Source: Trichosphaerium sp. ATCC 40318
Lineage: Eukaryota; Protista; Tubulinea
DNA: 64,000 bases
Reading direction: 5' to 3'
NCBI GenBank assembly: GCA_038496445.1
Contig: JALMLS010000343.1
Span: 1 to 64,000, forward strand
Below are positions 35,546 through 49,100 of this stretch, in pieces. How positions within the stretch are numbered: the stretch's first letter is position 1; every line of letters begins with the position of its first letter. The notes under the pieces were generated by a model that was not told the origin of the DNA, searched no databases, and worked only from the letters and a program-made list of their open reading frames with translations. The position numbers were made by a program, and so were the translations under genes.

Positions 35546-37607
35546 ATGTCTTGGGAAACAAGAGACCACAAATATTCTAACATAGGTACTTCACAATATA
35601 ACCTATACACATAACGAATCTTAGGCCTTACATGTTATGTTAATGCTGCTCTTCGAGCTCTAGAACCGTTTTTGTTCAACAAGAATCCAGAAAAATCGCA
35701 TTGCAGTCGTATTCTATCAGATTTTTTCAGCTCTAGGAACCCAGTCCGCGCACGTGCGTTTTTTCCGTTGCAAATGTTAAGATGATTGTAGTACTACAAA
35801 CAAGAACTGGAGAAAGCACTGAACATCAAAGAGCTTAACAAAGCGTCAGATGTGTCTGTACGAGATGTTGGCGCCGAGGTTCTAGCTAACCTGGTTACCT
35901 TTGTCTAGACATTTTTGCAAAAGCTACTACTCACTGGTGGTCCCTACTTTTCAGATTTCCAAATTCGCAACTTCCAAACAACGCGAACCTGTAGCAGATG
36001 CTTGAGAAGTTCTACAAGGAAAGCTAGGGAAGCCAATTACAGAATAGTGGTGCCTATTGAGAAAGAAAGAACTATAGATGAGGCATTGCGGAGGTTTCAG
36101 TTTTCAGAGCAAAAATATTTTTGTAGCTACTGTTGTTCTACCACTATTCATCGAACAAAACGAGAGTTTGAATCAACAAATCTTGTCATTGTACGCTGCT
36201 CATGCTACCTACAATTGTGACTAAAGATAGGTGTTGCCACAATCCACAAACGAAATACAGAGCAGACCCGAATTGGGTCCGAAGATTAATGTGAGTTTTG
36301 GGAGTGCATCACTACAGTACAACCTGGTTTCCACTATTCTATATACTTCCTTTCATTTTATCACACGCACGTACAATGTAGAAACAGGGGTAAGGAAGGA
36401 TCTTTTTTAATCGTTGAACCTTTTCGTAGATGTGTATGGAACATGATGATAGCCGCAGTTCAAACTCAGCGTATAACTACACTGGAGCTCCTGTGGTTGT
36501 GATATATCAACAGCTATCAAAAAGTGTAGTTATTGACACTCGAAGTTTATCGCAGCCTGCTGGACTTGAAGCCGCACAACCTAACCTTATTGAAGAAAGG
36601 GGGCACGCCTCGCATCAGAAATATCCTATACCGCATCTTCGAAAAGGCGTTAAACAAAAAGAGAACTCATTTTCAGGTGCCGCCAAAGTTGTGCTTACGA
36701 ACTTTGAGCACGACTCAGGTATTCATATTAATTGCTCAGTCTTTTTAACCAACCTAGACTTTTTTCAAAGCTTGAAAGAATTATTTCTCGGATACGCTCA
36801 TAGGATTCATGACAGCACTGACACAAAAGCAATTTTGGATTTTATGGAATCTCGACGCAAAAATTACAAAAGGAGGTACAAGTATCACGTTTTATCTTTG
36901 TTTTTTCTAAACAATTTTCTAAAAATAGAAACAACCACTTTGTGTATTTCTGGGTAAAGTGTCTTCTTGATAACAAGTGTGACTGTGACCAAGCACTCGG
37001 CATGATCAACAAGAAGTTTCAAAATGATATGGATTTCTCTCTATACAATCTTATCGAACTTCATAGCACAAACGCGTTTTACTATACTTCTAATGATCCA
37101 AGTAAATATTTGACTGTTATTGCTCACAAGGCACTTAGATCGTTAAATGATTCAGATCTGGCTTTAGTGAGGGTACTACTTCTAAACATACTTTGCGCTG
37201 ATTCGAAATGTAGGATGGGGGAAACAAAGACTGTTTAACCTGTCTTAGGGATACTTTCAAAGATTTGGAGTCTGTTCTCACATACCGTGACAAACGGAGT
37301 CTAGCAAAGGAGTTTCTACGCTATAAAAATTATTTACATGCCAAGTTCGTTTTACAGAGCCTGCAAAGTGACGCAGTACGCATCTCCACTTGTCAAAGTT
37401 AATTTTTTTCTATCAGTCAAATAATAGGGAACTTGAAGAACTTGCAAGTCTCATAAACAGATGTGACATACCAGTCTGTCACTTGGTAAGCCCCTTTTGT
37501 TATTAATTATCTCACCAATTTAGTTACCACCGAGTATACCCACTATTGCCTCTATAGTTCATAAAGAGAACACATACCAAGAGCGGCAAGGCTATTTACA
37601 ACAGTAG
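35546..37607 (+). CDS. Divergent ubiquitin-specific protease (C19) with C-terminal extension, multi-exon
   Basis: Cys box NIG|LTCYVNAALRAL; zinc ribbon CSRC..CSYC; YNLVSTILYTSFHF..EHDD (His/Asp box). Confidence 0.7.
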
Positions 37608-37793
37608 AAAACTAACAACGATGGTAGATCAAGATCAGTAGCAGCCGTCTTAAGACTCCAAAAAGTGTACTACCACTTTGGCACGTATGATGATGGAAAT
37701 ACGTTTAACTATTGATAATTGTGTGTTGCAAAATAAAGGTTTTTTTCAAAAAATTGTTGTTACTGCCGTTTGGTATTCAAAAGGAAGATGTAT

Positions 37794-39618
37794 TTAGCTA
37801 AGAAAAGTTTGCTCTCGTTGTACATAAGTGAGCATTACAGGAACCCCTTGAGTCGGAGGAGTTGCTCTTACAACAGATCTATCATTACATTCATACCAGA
37901 CATTGTCATCTTTCGTGTATGCTATGTAGTGACCGCAGTAATTATTACCAAAGTGAATAACTACAGACACAAGATCGTAGATTATACTGTGAGTATCACT
38001 GAGCTTGGTGATTTGGTGTGAAAGAGTAAAGGGAACTGACGTATCACCTTTTGGAATGATTAGTATAAGTACTTTGCAATCGAAATCCCTGCGCGTAATG
38101 TGAAGTGTGAATTCTGGATCTGGACTTAGATTAGGAGCTGGCAAAGGCGGATGAATTTCAGGGATTCCTCTGGTATTACGCTTTCGCTTTTTCGATTTTT
38201 TTGATTGTTTTCGTTTCCTTTTCTTTGGTTTTATCTCCATCTTTCTCTTTTGGTTTGCTAATTCATACTCGCTCATCTTTTTCTCGTGACAAGCAAAACA
38301 TATTCTTTTTGTATCACTACACATAAACGAAAGAAGTTTTTCGTCTACCGATAGTCCTTCACAGTCAGTTAGTCATGGCGCCAAGTTTGTCGACTATGAG
38401 TTTTTGTACCTTTGTTGCTTACTACCAAGAAGTTATTAGCTTGTGGTGCTACTCTCACAGTCTCTTTATTACAAGTAGTACACGTGTGCGTAGTTTGGAA
38501 GTTCTTGATTCTGAGCATATCCAAAAAACGCGGGTCTTTGCTATCAATGTATTTAAACAGCCTTTTGAGAAAAGACTGCAAAGCTGTTAAGCATTGGAGG
38601 TTATGTATTAAATTGCACTTACACTGGCATCACTCTGCTTTCGAAGGTTCACATTGAAAACTCGCTCCAAAGCAGAAACAAAGCCCTAAGAAATACGACT
38701 AGGTTAACGACAGTGCAAGTAGCTATCAGTACGTACACGTATTCCAGACGGATTACTGTACAAATCAAGCATACGTTGAATGATGCTATCAGCGTGGTAT
38801 GTTCTATCACAGAAAATAGGTCTTGTTGCTTGGATTGCTGACGCCAAATAGCATGTATTGCCCTGGTTAGAAAATCCTTCATGTAAACCAGTGTTCACTG
38901 TACTTCTGTGTCCTGAACAATCGTTAGTTTCGCAAGCATTTTAGTGTTTACTCTTTGGTTGTTTATCAATAGTTGGTTTTCGACAATTGCCTTCAGGAGT
39001 GTAGTAGGGAAGGAACAGCTCTTGCCAATACGCAGCGTCTAAAAAGGTAAAACAAGTTGACTTTGTTGGCCCTTCTTCAACTTTCGCATCAATAGTAAAC
39101 GTCTGAGCATCATGAGCAACTGTAGTTGATGAAGGTTCGGTTGAAAGTTGAATCACGAGCGGTTCTAAGCAAAGATGTATAGTATGTTGGTTATTTTTTT
39201 CATGTTTAATACACGTGATTAAGCTTAGAGATTGAGCCGTTGGTGTTGTTTCAATGTGTTGTGTAGGTGATACTACTTCTACTGGTGCTGGTTGCGATAT
39301 TATTGTCACTGGCGCTACTGGTTCCTCAAGTGATACTACTGGTTCCTCAAGTGATACAGGTGCTGCTAGGTTCACTGGCTCTGAGAGCTGTACCAGTTGC
39401 TTATTGGTTCCTGAGTTGCTGTACGTATTGGGTTTGTATTTATGCTAAATTTCGTTAGATTGATGGTACATTGCGTCTACGTCTACTACCAAGAGCTTGG
39501 GATTGCTATCACAACTTTCTGATGTTTTCAGTTCCTGTCTGTTACGACAAGTTTCGCGTATTCCTACTCCTCCAGCCGGTTTAAAACTGTCACCAACTTT
39601 AACGTGAGCCTCAGTCAT
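37794..39618 (-). CDS. Divergent ubiquitin-specific protease (C19), paralog of 35546-37607, multi-exon
   Basis: GFSNQGNTCYLASAIQA; YDLVSVVIHFGNNYCGHYIAY..WYECNDRSV; shared I(K/R)NFQTT.TC..C motif. Confidence 0.85.
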
Positions 39619-39714
39619 TTAGTTGTAGACGCTTGGTCAGTTTTTAGTGGTGGCTATTTTGTTTTATTGATTTGCGACTTAAGCTCAGCCACGTGTGGTG
39701 GTAGCATGTAATGT

Positions 39715-42700
39715 TTAACTAGGCTGGGAACTCAACTTTACTGAAATTGGAATAGCAGGCAACGGTAGTACTAATTTGTATTAATGTCGTAGCTAATAGC
39801 TTGTTTGAACTCTATTTCGTAGTCGTTTGTTAGCTCTGCAGATATCTAAAGTTGTTAGAGATTAAACAAATCACGTTTTCTATGTCTACTCACTTTTACC
39901 CACTTTACATTTTCTAACCCCAAAGGCGCTTTACGTCCAACTATGGCATCTAACAACCTTAAAAAAAGTCACAAAAAAATATTGATTCTAGATAGCGTGC
40001 GTTTTATTCTCATCACTATCTTTGCTCCAAACAAGTTTGTTGTCATAATATATCCGGTCCACTTCTACGCTGTGATTTTCTTGTATAGATTTTGCTATCT
40101 CCTTAAGTGTTGACCCGGGTGAAGCTCTGGTTTCGAATACGTGTCCATCTGAAATTGATTCTGGATTTTCAAGCGAAGGCTTTTCAATAGTACGTGGCTC
40201 TATTAGCAAGAAAATTAGTGCGTTATGCTTAAAGGATTTGTAGTACTGCGCTTGTTTAGCATCCTTACTGAAAGATCAAATGTTATTGCTTCTAAGCCTT
40301 CTACACCTCCGAGAAGCTTGTTCACTCGTTAGTACGCAGTAGTGTTTGTAAGTAGTACCTTGAAGATTTCTATGCATGTGAATCCTGCCGTTATCGCAGT
40401 AGTTGATATCAACGCTTGCTGTACTTTACCAGCCACAAGGTAACAAAAAAAAAATTAGCAAGGTTTATACTTTGTCAACTCACGTGTCTATTAATGTGCT
40501 GAGTTTTGGTAAATCAAAGCACGAAATGCGCATATTACTTAATGAATGAATAAATTTTAAATGAGTGTGGTTGTTCTATTGACCGTTAACCAACATTTAC
40601 AAAAAACTGATTTACCTTATCAAATTCTACGGGCTTCTTGGTAGCGATACAATTTATCATGATTGCTGAGCATGCATTGATAAACTAAAACATACGTCAA
40701 AGGAATAAAGCAACGCATTAAAGGGTGTACCATTTTGTAGTCTGGATGTACAAGTGCATCAACGATATGAGGCATAACACGTATGCCAGTCCAAAAAGGT
40801 ACTTTTTATAGATTAGTACGGAGTCAACACATCGAACTATACCTTGAGGATTTTCCGGATCTTTCTTATCAGGTGGAAATTCTGATAACATTTGTTCGAT
40901 ATCTCCCTTCGTGTACTTCTCAGCCATCTGTTTAGCCCATTCTGGCACTTGACGGCACTCTTCAGATTCGAAATCTTGGTATAGCTAAAAAGGATTTATT
41001 GAATGCTGAGGCATACTCACTTACTTTAATAATTTTCGCTGCTTCTTCGCCAGCCATCTTATCGTTGTTACAGTAGACATCCACGTGTAACATGAATAGC
41101 GTTTCAAATTGGTGCACAGCCCACTCAACTATATGACTACTCAAATACGGGAACCTTTTGTCTATACAACCAAAAAGCATCTCAGAGCCACCTGACACGA
41201 AAGGTTCTGTCTTGTAAGGTAGGACTGTCGAAAATTAGTTACAGCGGGTTATTCTTTGGTCTCGTACTTGGACTTGAGGTCCCAACAAGTCCTGCTGTAC
41301 CGCTATTTATAGCAGGGATGTTGTAGAAATGGCACATTTCGTTCAAAAAAGCACGTGCTTTAAAGTTATCAACTGCGAAAATAACGAGATCAAGATTTTC
41401 CCAAAACTCGCACGGAAACAAAGGCCATCCTAAAATACTTTAAAAAAAGACTGTAATACTTATCCTACGTACTAGTAGTTTCTGATACTTCTGAATTAAA
41501 TATTTCCATGTTTATACTACTGTTTATAGAACGCACCGCTGCAGCTGCTGCAGTACTTTTGTATTTGCCAACATCTCCTTTTTTGAATAAAAATTGGCGA
41601 TGCAGATTTGAATCCTCAATGATGTCGGGGTCTGCAAGGAAGATCTTACCATTTTCACCACAACCAATACCTAAATATCATCATCAAACTGAACGTAAAG
41701 AGATAATCTGTACCTTCTAGAGCAAACAGTTTTAAAAACTCACACCCAAGAGCACCAGCACCAACAACGAATACTTTGGCATTCATTACTCGCTCTTGTA
41801 TTGCGTCTCCATACACAAGTCGTTGGCTGTAGTATCTATCCTAAGCTAATTATAAGCCACTAAAAACCGTAGCAAGTTTCGCACGTTCTGGACGTTTTGA
41901 TGTTCAGGAATTGTGAAAGAGTTATTAAAAAACTGCCACTGGTGTATAGGCGCATAAACTCCAGAGCATCCTTTCAGAACTTCCGTTGAAGCAAATCCTG
42001 CAATTATAGAAATCTAGACTTGTGAGAAAAACAAAAAAAAACCTCAGGCGCACGTGTGATGCCAAGGAACCAACACAGATTAGAGAATTCATCCAGGCTT
42101 CGTCGATTTCTTCTGAAGGTACTGAAAATATGTTTTTCGCAATTTGAACAGCTTCTGCTGATAAATCTGAGGTCGAAGCTGCTCCAAGCTTTTCACAAGC
42201 TAGAAGCAAACTACAAATCAAAACGTTATGCCACTTTGTAGGACCTCTCCTAGACGATGTAAATCATGTATTTTCTCGAAATATTCCTTGTACCTGGCGC
42301 CTCTGGGTCTTTGTTGATTTAAACATGCAAGATTTTCCGTTAGAGAGTTCTTCAAACAGAGTTAGAAATAAAATTCTTCGTAGTCTCTAAACGCACGAAT
42401 TTGATAGTATTGAATATTGGTAATTGTTGATAAACACCTCCACCAGTGTACTTTTCAAACGTGGACGTATCAATACACAGGTTGAGTGTCTTCGAATCCT
42501 CAACTTCAACAGATTGTATAACCCGCCCATTGAGTTCCACCATACCTTTTACGCCGCTAATTCGTATGGGACCACCATCAATTTCCAAAGAAGGTGCAGC
42601 GACGGTTAACTTTGAGGAACTATCCTAAATCTTACTTTAATTTACGTTACGCATAAGTTCAACGTACGTTTGTGATATTGGCAATTGGTTGAGTAACGTA

Positions 42701-43439
42701 AGATGCAGTTCCTGTTTTTTGCTCGTATTTGTATTCATCACCAAAATCAACAAATACGCATCCAACAAGACCACGACTTTCTGCGCATACGAACTTTACG
42801 TTACACTCTCTGCATTTTTCATTCAGTAAAGATACTTCTCTCAATCCTTTGTTCGCACATATAACAACCTAATAAAGTCAAATACGAGAAGGAATACTTG
42901 TTATCACATCGTAATCGCGTATTTCAGATGGTTTCACAGCTTTCAAATCCAGTTCAGTGCACGTGGTTATTGTTTGCTTAGTATGTTGTACCATTGCTTG
43001 TAACTTTGATATACAAGCGATACGCGGCGCTCCTAGTGCTTCAAAGCCAAACTAGTAGATTTAGTGAGCTAAGCCAAATAAACGGCAACACATACATTAC
43101 TGGATTGATCATTACGCGTAAACAGTTCCCCATCGTCATGTATGGTCATATGTCCAACGCCACAAAGTAGCAGATTTTTTGCTTCCAGAATCAGCATTCA
43201 CGCCTCATTATACAATAAACGCACCTATTTCAACGCCTAGACCATCTAAACCGCATAGCAGAACCTAGACAGAACTCACCATTACAGGTACTGCAGCAAC
43301 TACGTTACCTTGCATTCTTTGAGAATCTCAACGTTGAAAATACTTCTCCTAGAGAGGTTCACTTGTCAGTTCCTTTTTATTTCAAAACAACGCACTGGCG
43401 AGAGTAGTTTATATCATCAGGAGACAGAGAGACAGACAT
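39715..43439 (-). CDS. Divergent UBA1/UBA6-family ubiquitin-activating enzyme (E1), multi-exon
   Basis: YSRQ; VLLCGLDGLGVEIAKNLLLCGV..TIHD; RGLVGCVFVDFG; DRYYSQ..VFVVGAGALGCEFLK; DPDIIEDSNLHRQFLF; AVDNFKAR; SGTAGLVG; catalytic Cys in FGCIDKRFP..HIVEWA..FETLF; ALISTTAITAG. Confidence 0.9.
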
Positions 43440-43492
43440 GATGTATGCCTGTGCTTCGTTTTAAATAGAGCTGACTTAGCCAACAAAACAAA

Positions 43493-43991
43493 ATGAGTCA
43501 GTTGAGAGCAACAGACAAAGCTGCTGTAAACAAGGTCTTAAAGAACTGTATAGCCTATGTACGTTGTTTTATTACCTTCACTAATTACTAACCTAGTTCC
43601 TAGAGGGTTAACTCGAGCAAAACTTTCCGTGTTCCCAGTATTAGGGCTTGTCCAAAGTGCCATGGGCTAGTACAAATTACAAAAGTCCCTAGTGGCGGCT
43701 CAATGATATACGCTTGGTGAGTACTCTCTATTGCGATTAAAATCCTAAACCAGCTTCTCTAGTAAACATACTGGTACAGGCTGCCCAGGTACTTTGTTCG
43801 ATACACGTGAAAATCCACTAATAGAGTTGGTTTAGGTTGTGGTTCCTACTTTTGCTTCGCTTGTTTAGCGTTGAAGAGCAGTTCGGGTTGGCCTTGCGGA
43901 GGCCCATACGATAATTGTGGGGTAAGAAAAACGACTTTTAACAGGAACTCCACCTAATTTACTGTAGATGAAGCCAAGGCAGGTGTTGTAA
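43493..43991 (+). CDS. Small stand-alone RBR RING2/IBR-like zinc-binding protein (~100 aa), multi-exon
   Basis: Predicted splice gives VPSIRACPKCHGLVQ..YAC..KH..CPGCGSYFCFACL..GWPCG..C..KPRQVL*. Confidence 0.65.
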
Positions 43992-44420
43992 AGTAGTGTC
44001 ATAGTTGTAGAATAACGCTATTAAAAATGTCGAACAAAAAACGTGGTTAACACATTTACCCACTGGTCTTCCATTTTTCACATTATTGCTTACGGTACTC
44101 GGTAGCGAATAGTTATATTAACCGCGGACATTGACCACCTTTCTTCCCTTCATTGATTGCCTAGAGCACGTAGTTTCGAACACATGATTAAAACAGGCCA
44201 CTAGGTCATGGGGAAGTCTTACTTTGAGGAACCACGAGGTACTAGCGAGTTTGCCACGGGTTACAAGGAGAACTTCACTAGTGCATCTATCTGCAACAGC
44301 TTTGTGCTCAGGCCACGCGTGGTTTCAACTTGGTCAAGCGCACTTGCTGTTAGTACCACAAACAAATCTTTGAGTGCAAACATCTATCTTTATTAAAGTG
44401 TTTGTACAATAAGACGATGT

Positions 44421-45667
44421 TTATGGTTTGAAACCTGTTTGCTTGCACCAGTCCTTGAATGATGTCAAAGGCGCTGCTTTTACTGAAATATCAGTCTCAG
44501 GTCTACCAAAGTATTAGATATAATAAATTTGTACCAATAGGCATACCCGTAGTAGGTGTAGTCTTCAAACCATTGAAACATGTTTGCCATTTCTTCACCA
44601 GCGAATGATGCAAACCTGGTTAAATGAATAAGTGAAGTAAATAATGTTTGTCTCTTACACTTTGTTTGGAATAAACTTGCAGCCGTAGTTTTCACCAGTT
44701 ACTTCGTTTAATTGTTTGATATAATCCGAAGGATGCATATGCTCAGCTGCAGTTGGTACAAACTTACCAAGATACTTTTCCTTGTTATTAAGAATCTAAA
44801 AATAGAACGAATATTAAGCTCAAATAAAAAGAAGCTCAGAATAAACTTTTTAAACATACCTCAGCAACGTAAGCACCAGTATTCGTGACATCAAAGGCAG
44901 TGATGTAAGCTTTCTCAGAGAATCCAAAAGTGAAGTACTTTCTACCTATCGACGATTGTCAATGTAATTGTAAGTCAAAAAGAGTTGAACACTTACCATC
45001 TTTTTCATCTAACTGAGGCTTGAAATGTGTCTCGAAGTTTTGAAAGTAGAACGCTGGAGAAAAGTAGGTTGCTTTGAGACTTGTTGTACGTATGTACTCC
45101 TCAACAAGTGCTTTGTTGGTGAAATGAGCAACGTGATACTTTCCTTTTACGAATTTCTCAACATTCGCAAGGCTTGACCAAATATAATGCTCCACACCCT
45201 CTGTAGATATGATGAGAAGACGAAGAACTTGACAAGATTCTTTGCACCTTTAATGGCGATATCTGCTATTGCTTTTCCAATATCTGCTTCTTTCTCAGCC
45301 ACAGAAGGATCCCATGCGTTCAAGTTTGCGAATACTGCGTAGGCACCTTTAAAAGCGGCTTTTAAGGCAACTTCATCGTTTACATCAGCTTTAACCATTT
45401 CGACGCCTACAATAACAATGAGACAGGTGTCACTTGCGTGGATGCGTATAAGCCAACCTTTTGCAATTAGGGCCTTAGATCTATCAGAATCAGGATTTCT
45501 TGTTGTGCCTCGTATTTTCCATTTATTGCCGTCAGCTTGAAGAGCACTAATTACAGAATTTCCTGAGGAGAATATGATTTAGAGTTGGGTTGGTTTTTTT
45601 GGTTAACATTTAGCTACAACAAACCTTGTAATCCAGTGGCGCCGAATACGAGTACGAGTTTTGACAT
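44421..45667 (-). CDS. NmrA-like (NMRAL1/HSCARG-type) NAD(P)-binding protein, multi-exon
   Basis: VLVFGATGLQGNSVI..RGTTRNPDS..GVEMVKADV..AFKGAYAVF; WSSL; HFTNKALVEEYIR; FYFQNF. Confidence 0.9.
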
Positions 45668-46106
45668 GTTGCGATGCTTGTTTTGTAGTTTGATAAATGA
45701 GAATAAAAAAACGAAAGCTATTTGGATTTTGATAGACAAATTCAGCCCGCAAGTTTGTGCGCACTTTCGCCTAAAATCTACTAACTACCTGACGCTGTTA
45801 GACGCATTAAATACAGTGTAGCTTGAACCGGAGAGTAGATCAATAGTTTTAGCGAAAATAAAAAATAATTGTTCCGAGGACCTTGTTTGAGTTTTTTCCG
45901 TTGAACCTAACACTATACAACGACTGCGATCTTTGCACTTCAATAGAAGCGTTACAACGGTCCGTTGTCTACGCTGGGGACAAAACAAACAAGAGACATT
46001 TTTGTAACAAGGGCTACGCAGTACAAAACATGCTTTTTTTTTGTTTATTTACAATACCAACTATATGTGCGCAAGTCCAGAATAATTTACCCATAAAAAG
46101 TGCACG

Positions 46107-49100
46107 CTATGTCAAGTTGTTTTTTTTTCCTGTTTTCCGTTTCTTTTTTGTATGTTCTTCTGATCCGTTGACAGCCTTTCGTTTTTTTGATGGCACATCC
46201 TCAGTTCCTTCACTGTCAATTGACATTGCATCACCTTTATCTTCACTGGGTTTTTTTTTTTTTAGTTGTTCTGTTGTGGCGCTGTCATCGTCAGAGTCAT
46301 AAGCTGTATCTTTTTTCTCTTTTTCCTCCTTTTCTTCAACACCGTTCTCTTGCCCATTAGATTCTTCTTTTGCATCATATCTAAGAGAATTGCATTGCTC
46401 ACACATAGGTAAGAAGATGCTATTCAAGAAACTACAAGCTCCACAACTCCATCGACCCTAACAGTGAGTCAACAACCAAACACAATGACAAGCAATTGTT
46501 TTCAAAAAAAAAAAGACACAAACTTACATCAGAACTTCGTCTATTGCTCTTCTCGTCAGTCTTCATTTTAGGAGGATTGCTCCCTAGAATCTATATCAGT
46601 ACAACGTACTAAACTAAAAACCCTAAAACCGCACCACCATTACTTGAGGATCTTAGTAACCGCGTATTGGCAAAACCAGCATCAGTCTCATTCCTTGTCA
46701 TGTCTAACAAAAATAGGAAAATTAGCAAACTGTCGCAGGATTTCTTTTGTTGTCTTTGTCCGAAGGTTAACCCAAAAGAAAAAATACGCACATATGAATT
46801 GCTCATCCATTGAAGATAAATCTTGTTCTTCAGTCTTCATCAAAGATATAGTAGATGATGTAGTAATACCACATTCGCCAAGAGTCTTATTATTATCCAT
46901 TATCGGTATACTATCAACCAATAACATTTGCTGATTAGGTGGTAGATCAATTATCTCCATTAACCTCATTTTTAGAATATATAAAGTATCTGTATGTGAC
47001 ATGCCAACAACTTCAAACTCTTGTCGTCTGGTTTTTGCTAAAAGAAAAAAAAAGTGAGAAAAATGTTCAACGTTCAGAGATGACAAGAAACATCTTCAAG
47101 TGGTCTTCTACTTACTCCTACGAGATCTAGTTTTTCGACTAGTTTTCCATTCTATAGTAAGTGTATCATCTACAAATTCTACAGGTTGTTTTGTTAATAT
47201 TCAAATGAAACCCTCTTATCTGTTGTGTTTTGTTTTTCGAATGGGAAAAAATCTACTGTACCTGCTTCAGTTTTAGCTTGCTCCTTCCTACGAGCTTTTT
47301 CACAATCTGGACATATCCCAAAGTTCTTAGGATGTGCTTCATTGGTTTTATAATCCAATATAGCACATTTATGACCGCTATCATCAAAATAGTGTCCATC
47401 AACTTTGAATTTAATCTCAAATGCAGGATTTTCACATGGATAAAACTCCTTGAGCGTTCTATACTCTGCAAGAATCATTGTTGTAAATAAACTATTTTCT
47501 GCATTGAAGTACTCTCCAAAGTTATATTTGAGTGATCCATGCTCGCAAAAGTAATCTTCGGTCCAAGGAGAGACTGCAAATAGAAAAAAATCAATACCCA
47601 AGTTTAAGATGACTAAAAATAAAATTGGACTCAAAATAAAAGGTACGTACTATCTACAATCCCACTGGACGGATCATCCAAAAATTTTAACCAAGCAACT
47701 GCAAATTCATAATCCACTATAGCAAATTGGGAGTTTGCTTTCGGGACAGGTACTTGAAACTCATTCCTGTAAATCGATTTAACTTGCTTGAAGTATGCGG
47801 AGAATTCGTTTTTTTCAGCTATTGCACGTTCTTCTAGTTCTTCATTTTGTTGATCTTTCTGTTCTTTCTCGACCATACATTCATTACATCCTTCAACTGT
47901 ACCAGCAAACTCCAAATGGTCTTGTTTACCATAAGAAATATCTCTAATATACGCCCAAGCCTTGAAAAGGAAGTTAATCTCTTAAAAAGATTCTCATTCA
48001 CTTCACGTGCCTCTTGTGGAATAAGCCTTCTTTTCCGCTTGTCTGCAACCAAATTCTCATGTTCACATTGTATATCATGATTCAGAGCAACAAGCTTTTC
48101 CTTATTCGGCCGCTTTTTCTTCCATTCTTTTGAAAAAAGTCAGTTACGTTTCAAAGAATAAAAATATCGTGTTATCTCGTACCATTAAAAAACTTTTTGG
48201 ATATCCAGAACGCTGTATCCTTTTCTATTTTTGCACCACCAGTGAGCTTACATGCCTCTAAAATATCACTCTTAGTGTCAGCACGTTCTTTTCTTGAGTT
48301 TAGTTCGCTAAAATAAGCGCTGACACAGTCTCTACAAAATGACTCCTCGGTGAACACCACAGGCCCTGTATTATATTTTTCAACTAATAAATCCCAAGCA
48401 CTCTAGTACAAATGAGCCTTGGCACTCAAAAGAATAAAATTGGAAATAGAAAAACTTCACAACGTACGCGGCTAATACGTTTTATATCATCGCATTTGAG
48501 AGGGTTTAACTTATGATGTTCACATTCTAGTAGTGTATTGTCAATTGGCCCAACATCCAGACCTTAAATTTAATATTAGATTACTATTGCGACAATAAAC
48601 TATTCACCTCCAATCCACTTCTTGAGCCATGCTACAGAAATAAAATTACATGGTCATCAAGTTTTTGTGGGCCGTCTTGTCGGACTACTAGCTGTGGCCA
48701 TACATCCTAGATGAGAGTAAGTTCGCGAACTATCAAAAGAGGTTAACCTAAAACTATGTACCTTTACAAACTTTTTATGCTCAGCAACTTTGGCTAATAT
48801 GTCCTTTACTCTCTTGTCATATACTTTGCACTCGTTGATTAGAGCTTCATTAGACTCGTCAACAATGTCTTGTATATCTTCAGGTAATACTGGTACTTTT
48901 GCAGCGCGACCAGCTCGCTTTACATACGATAACATATACGCATTTCCAGAAGCCAGATGCCTGGTATAAAGTTTGATAAGTCGATGGTTCTACAGGCTTT
49001 TCACTAGACATACGCATCATCTACTTTACTGGCACTATTCTTTGTGGCTCTGACCTTCTTTGGTCGCTTGTTTTCATTTTCCTCATCCTTGTCAACATCA

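Noticed and set aside
41920-41940. Apparent frameshift in the E1 gene at a T-run
   Set aside because: Recount gives CAG TTT TTT AAT, which is in frame (PIHQWQFFNN); the ORF-track break is due to introns
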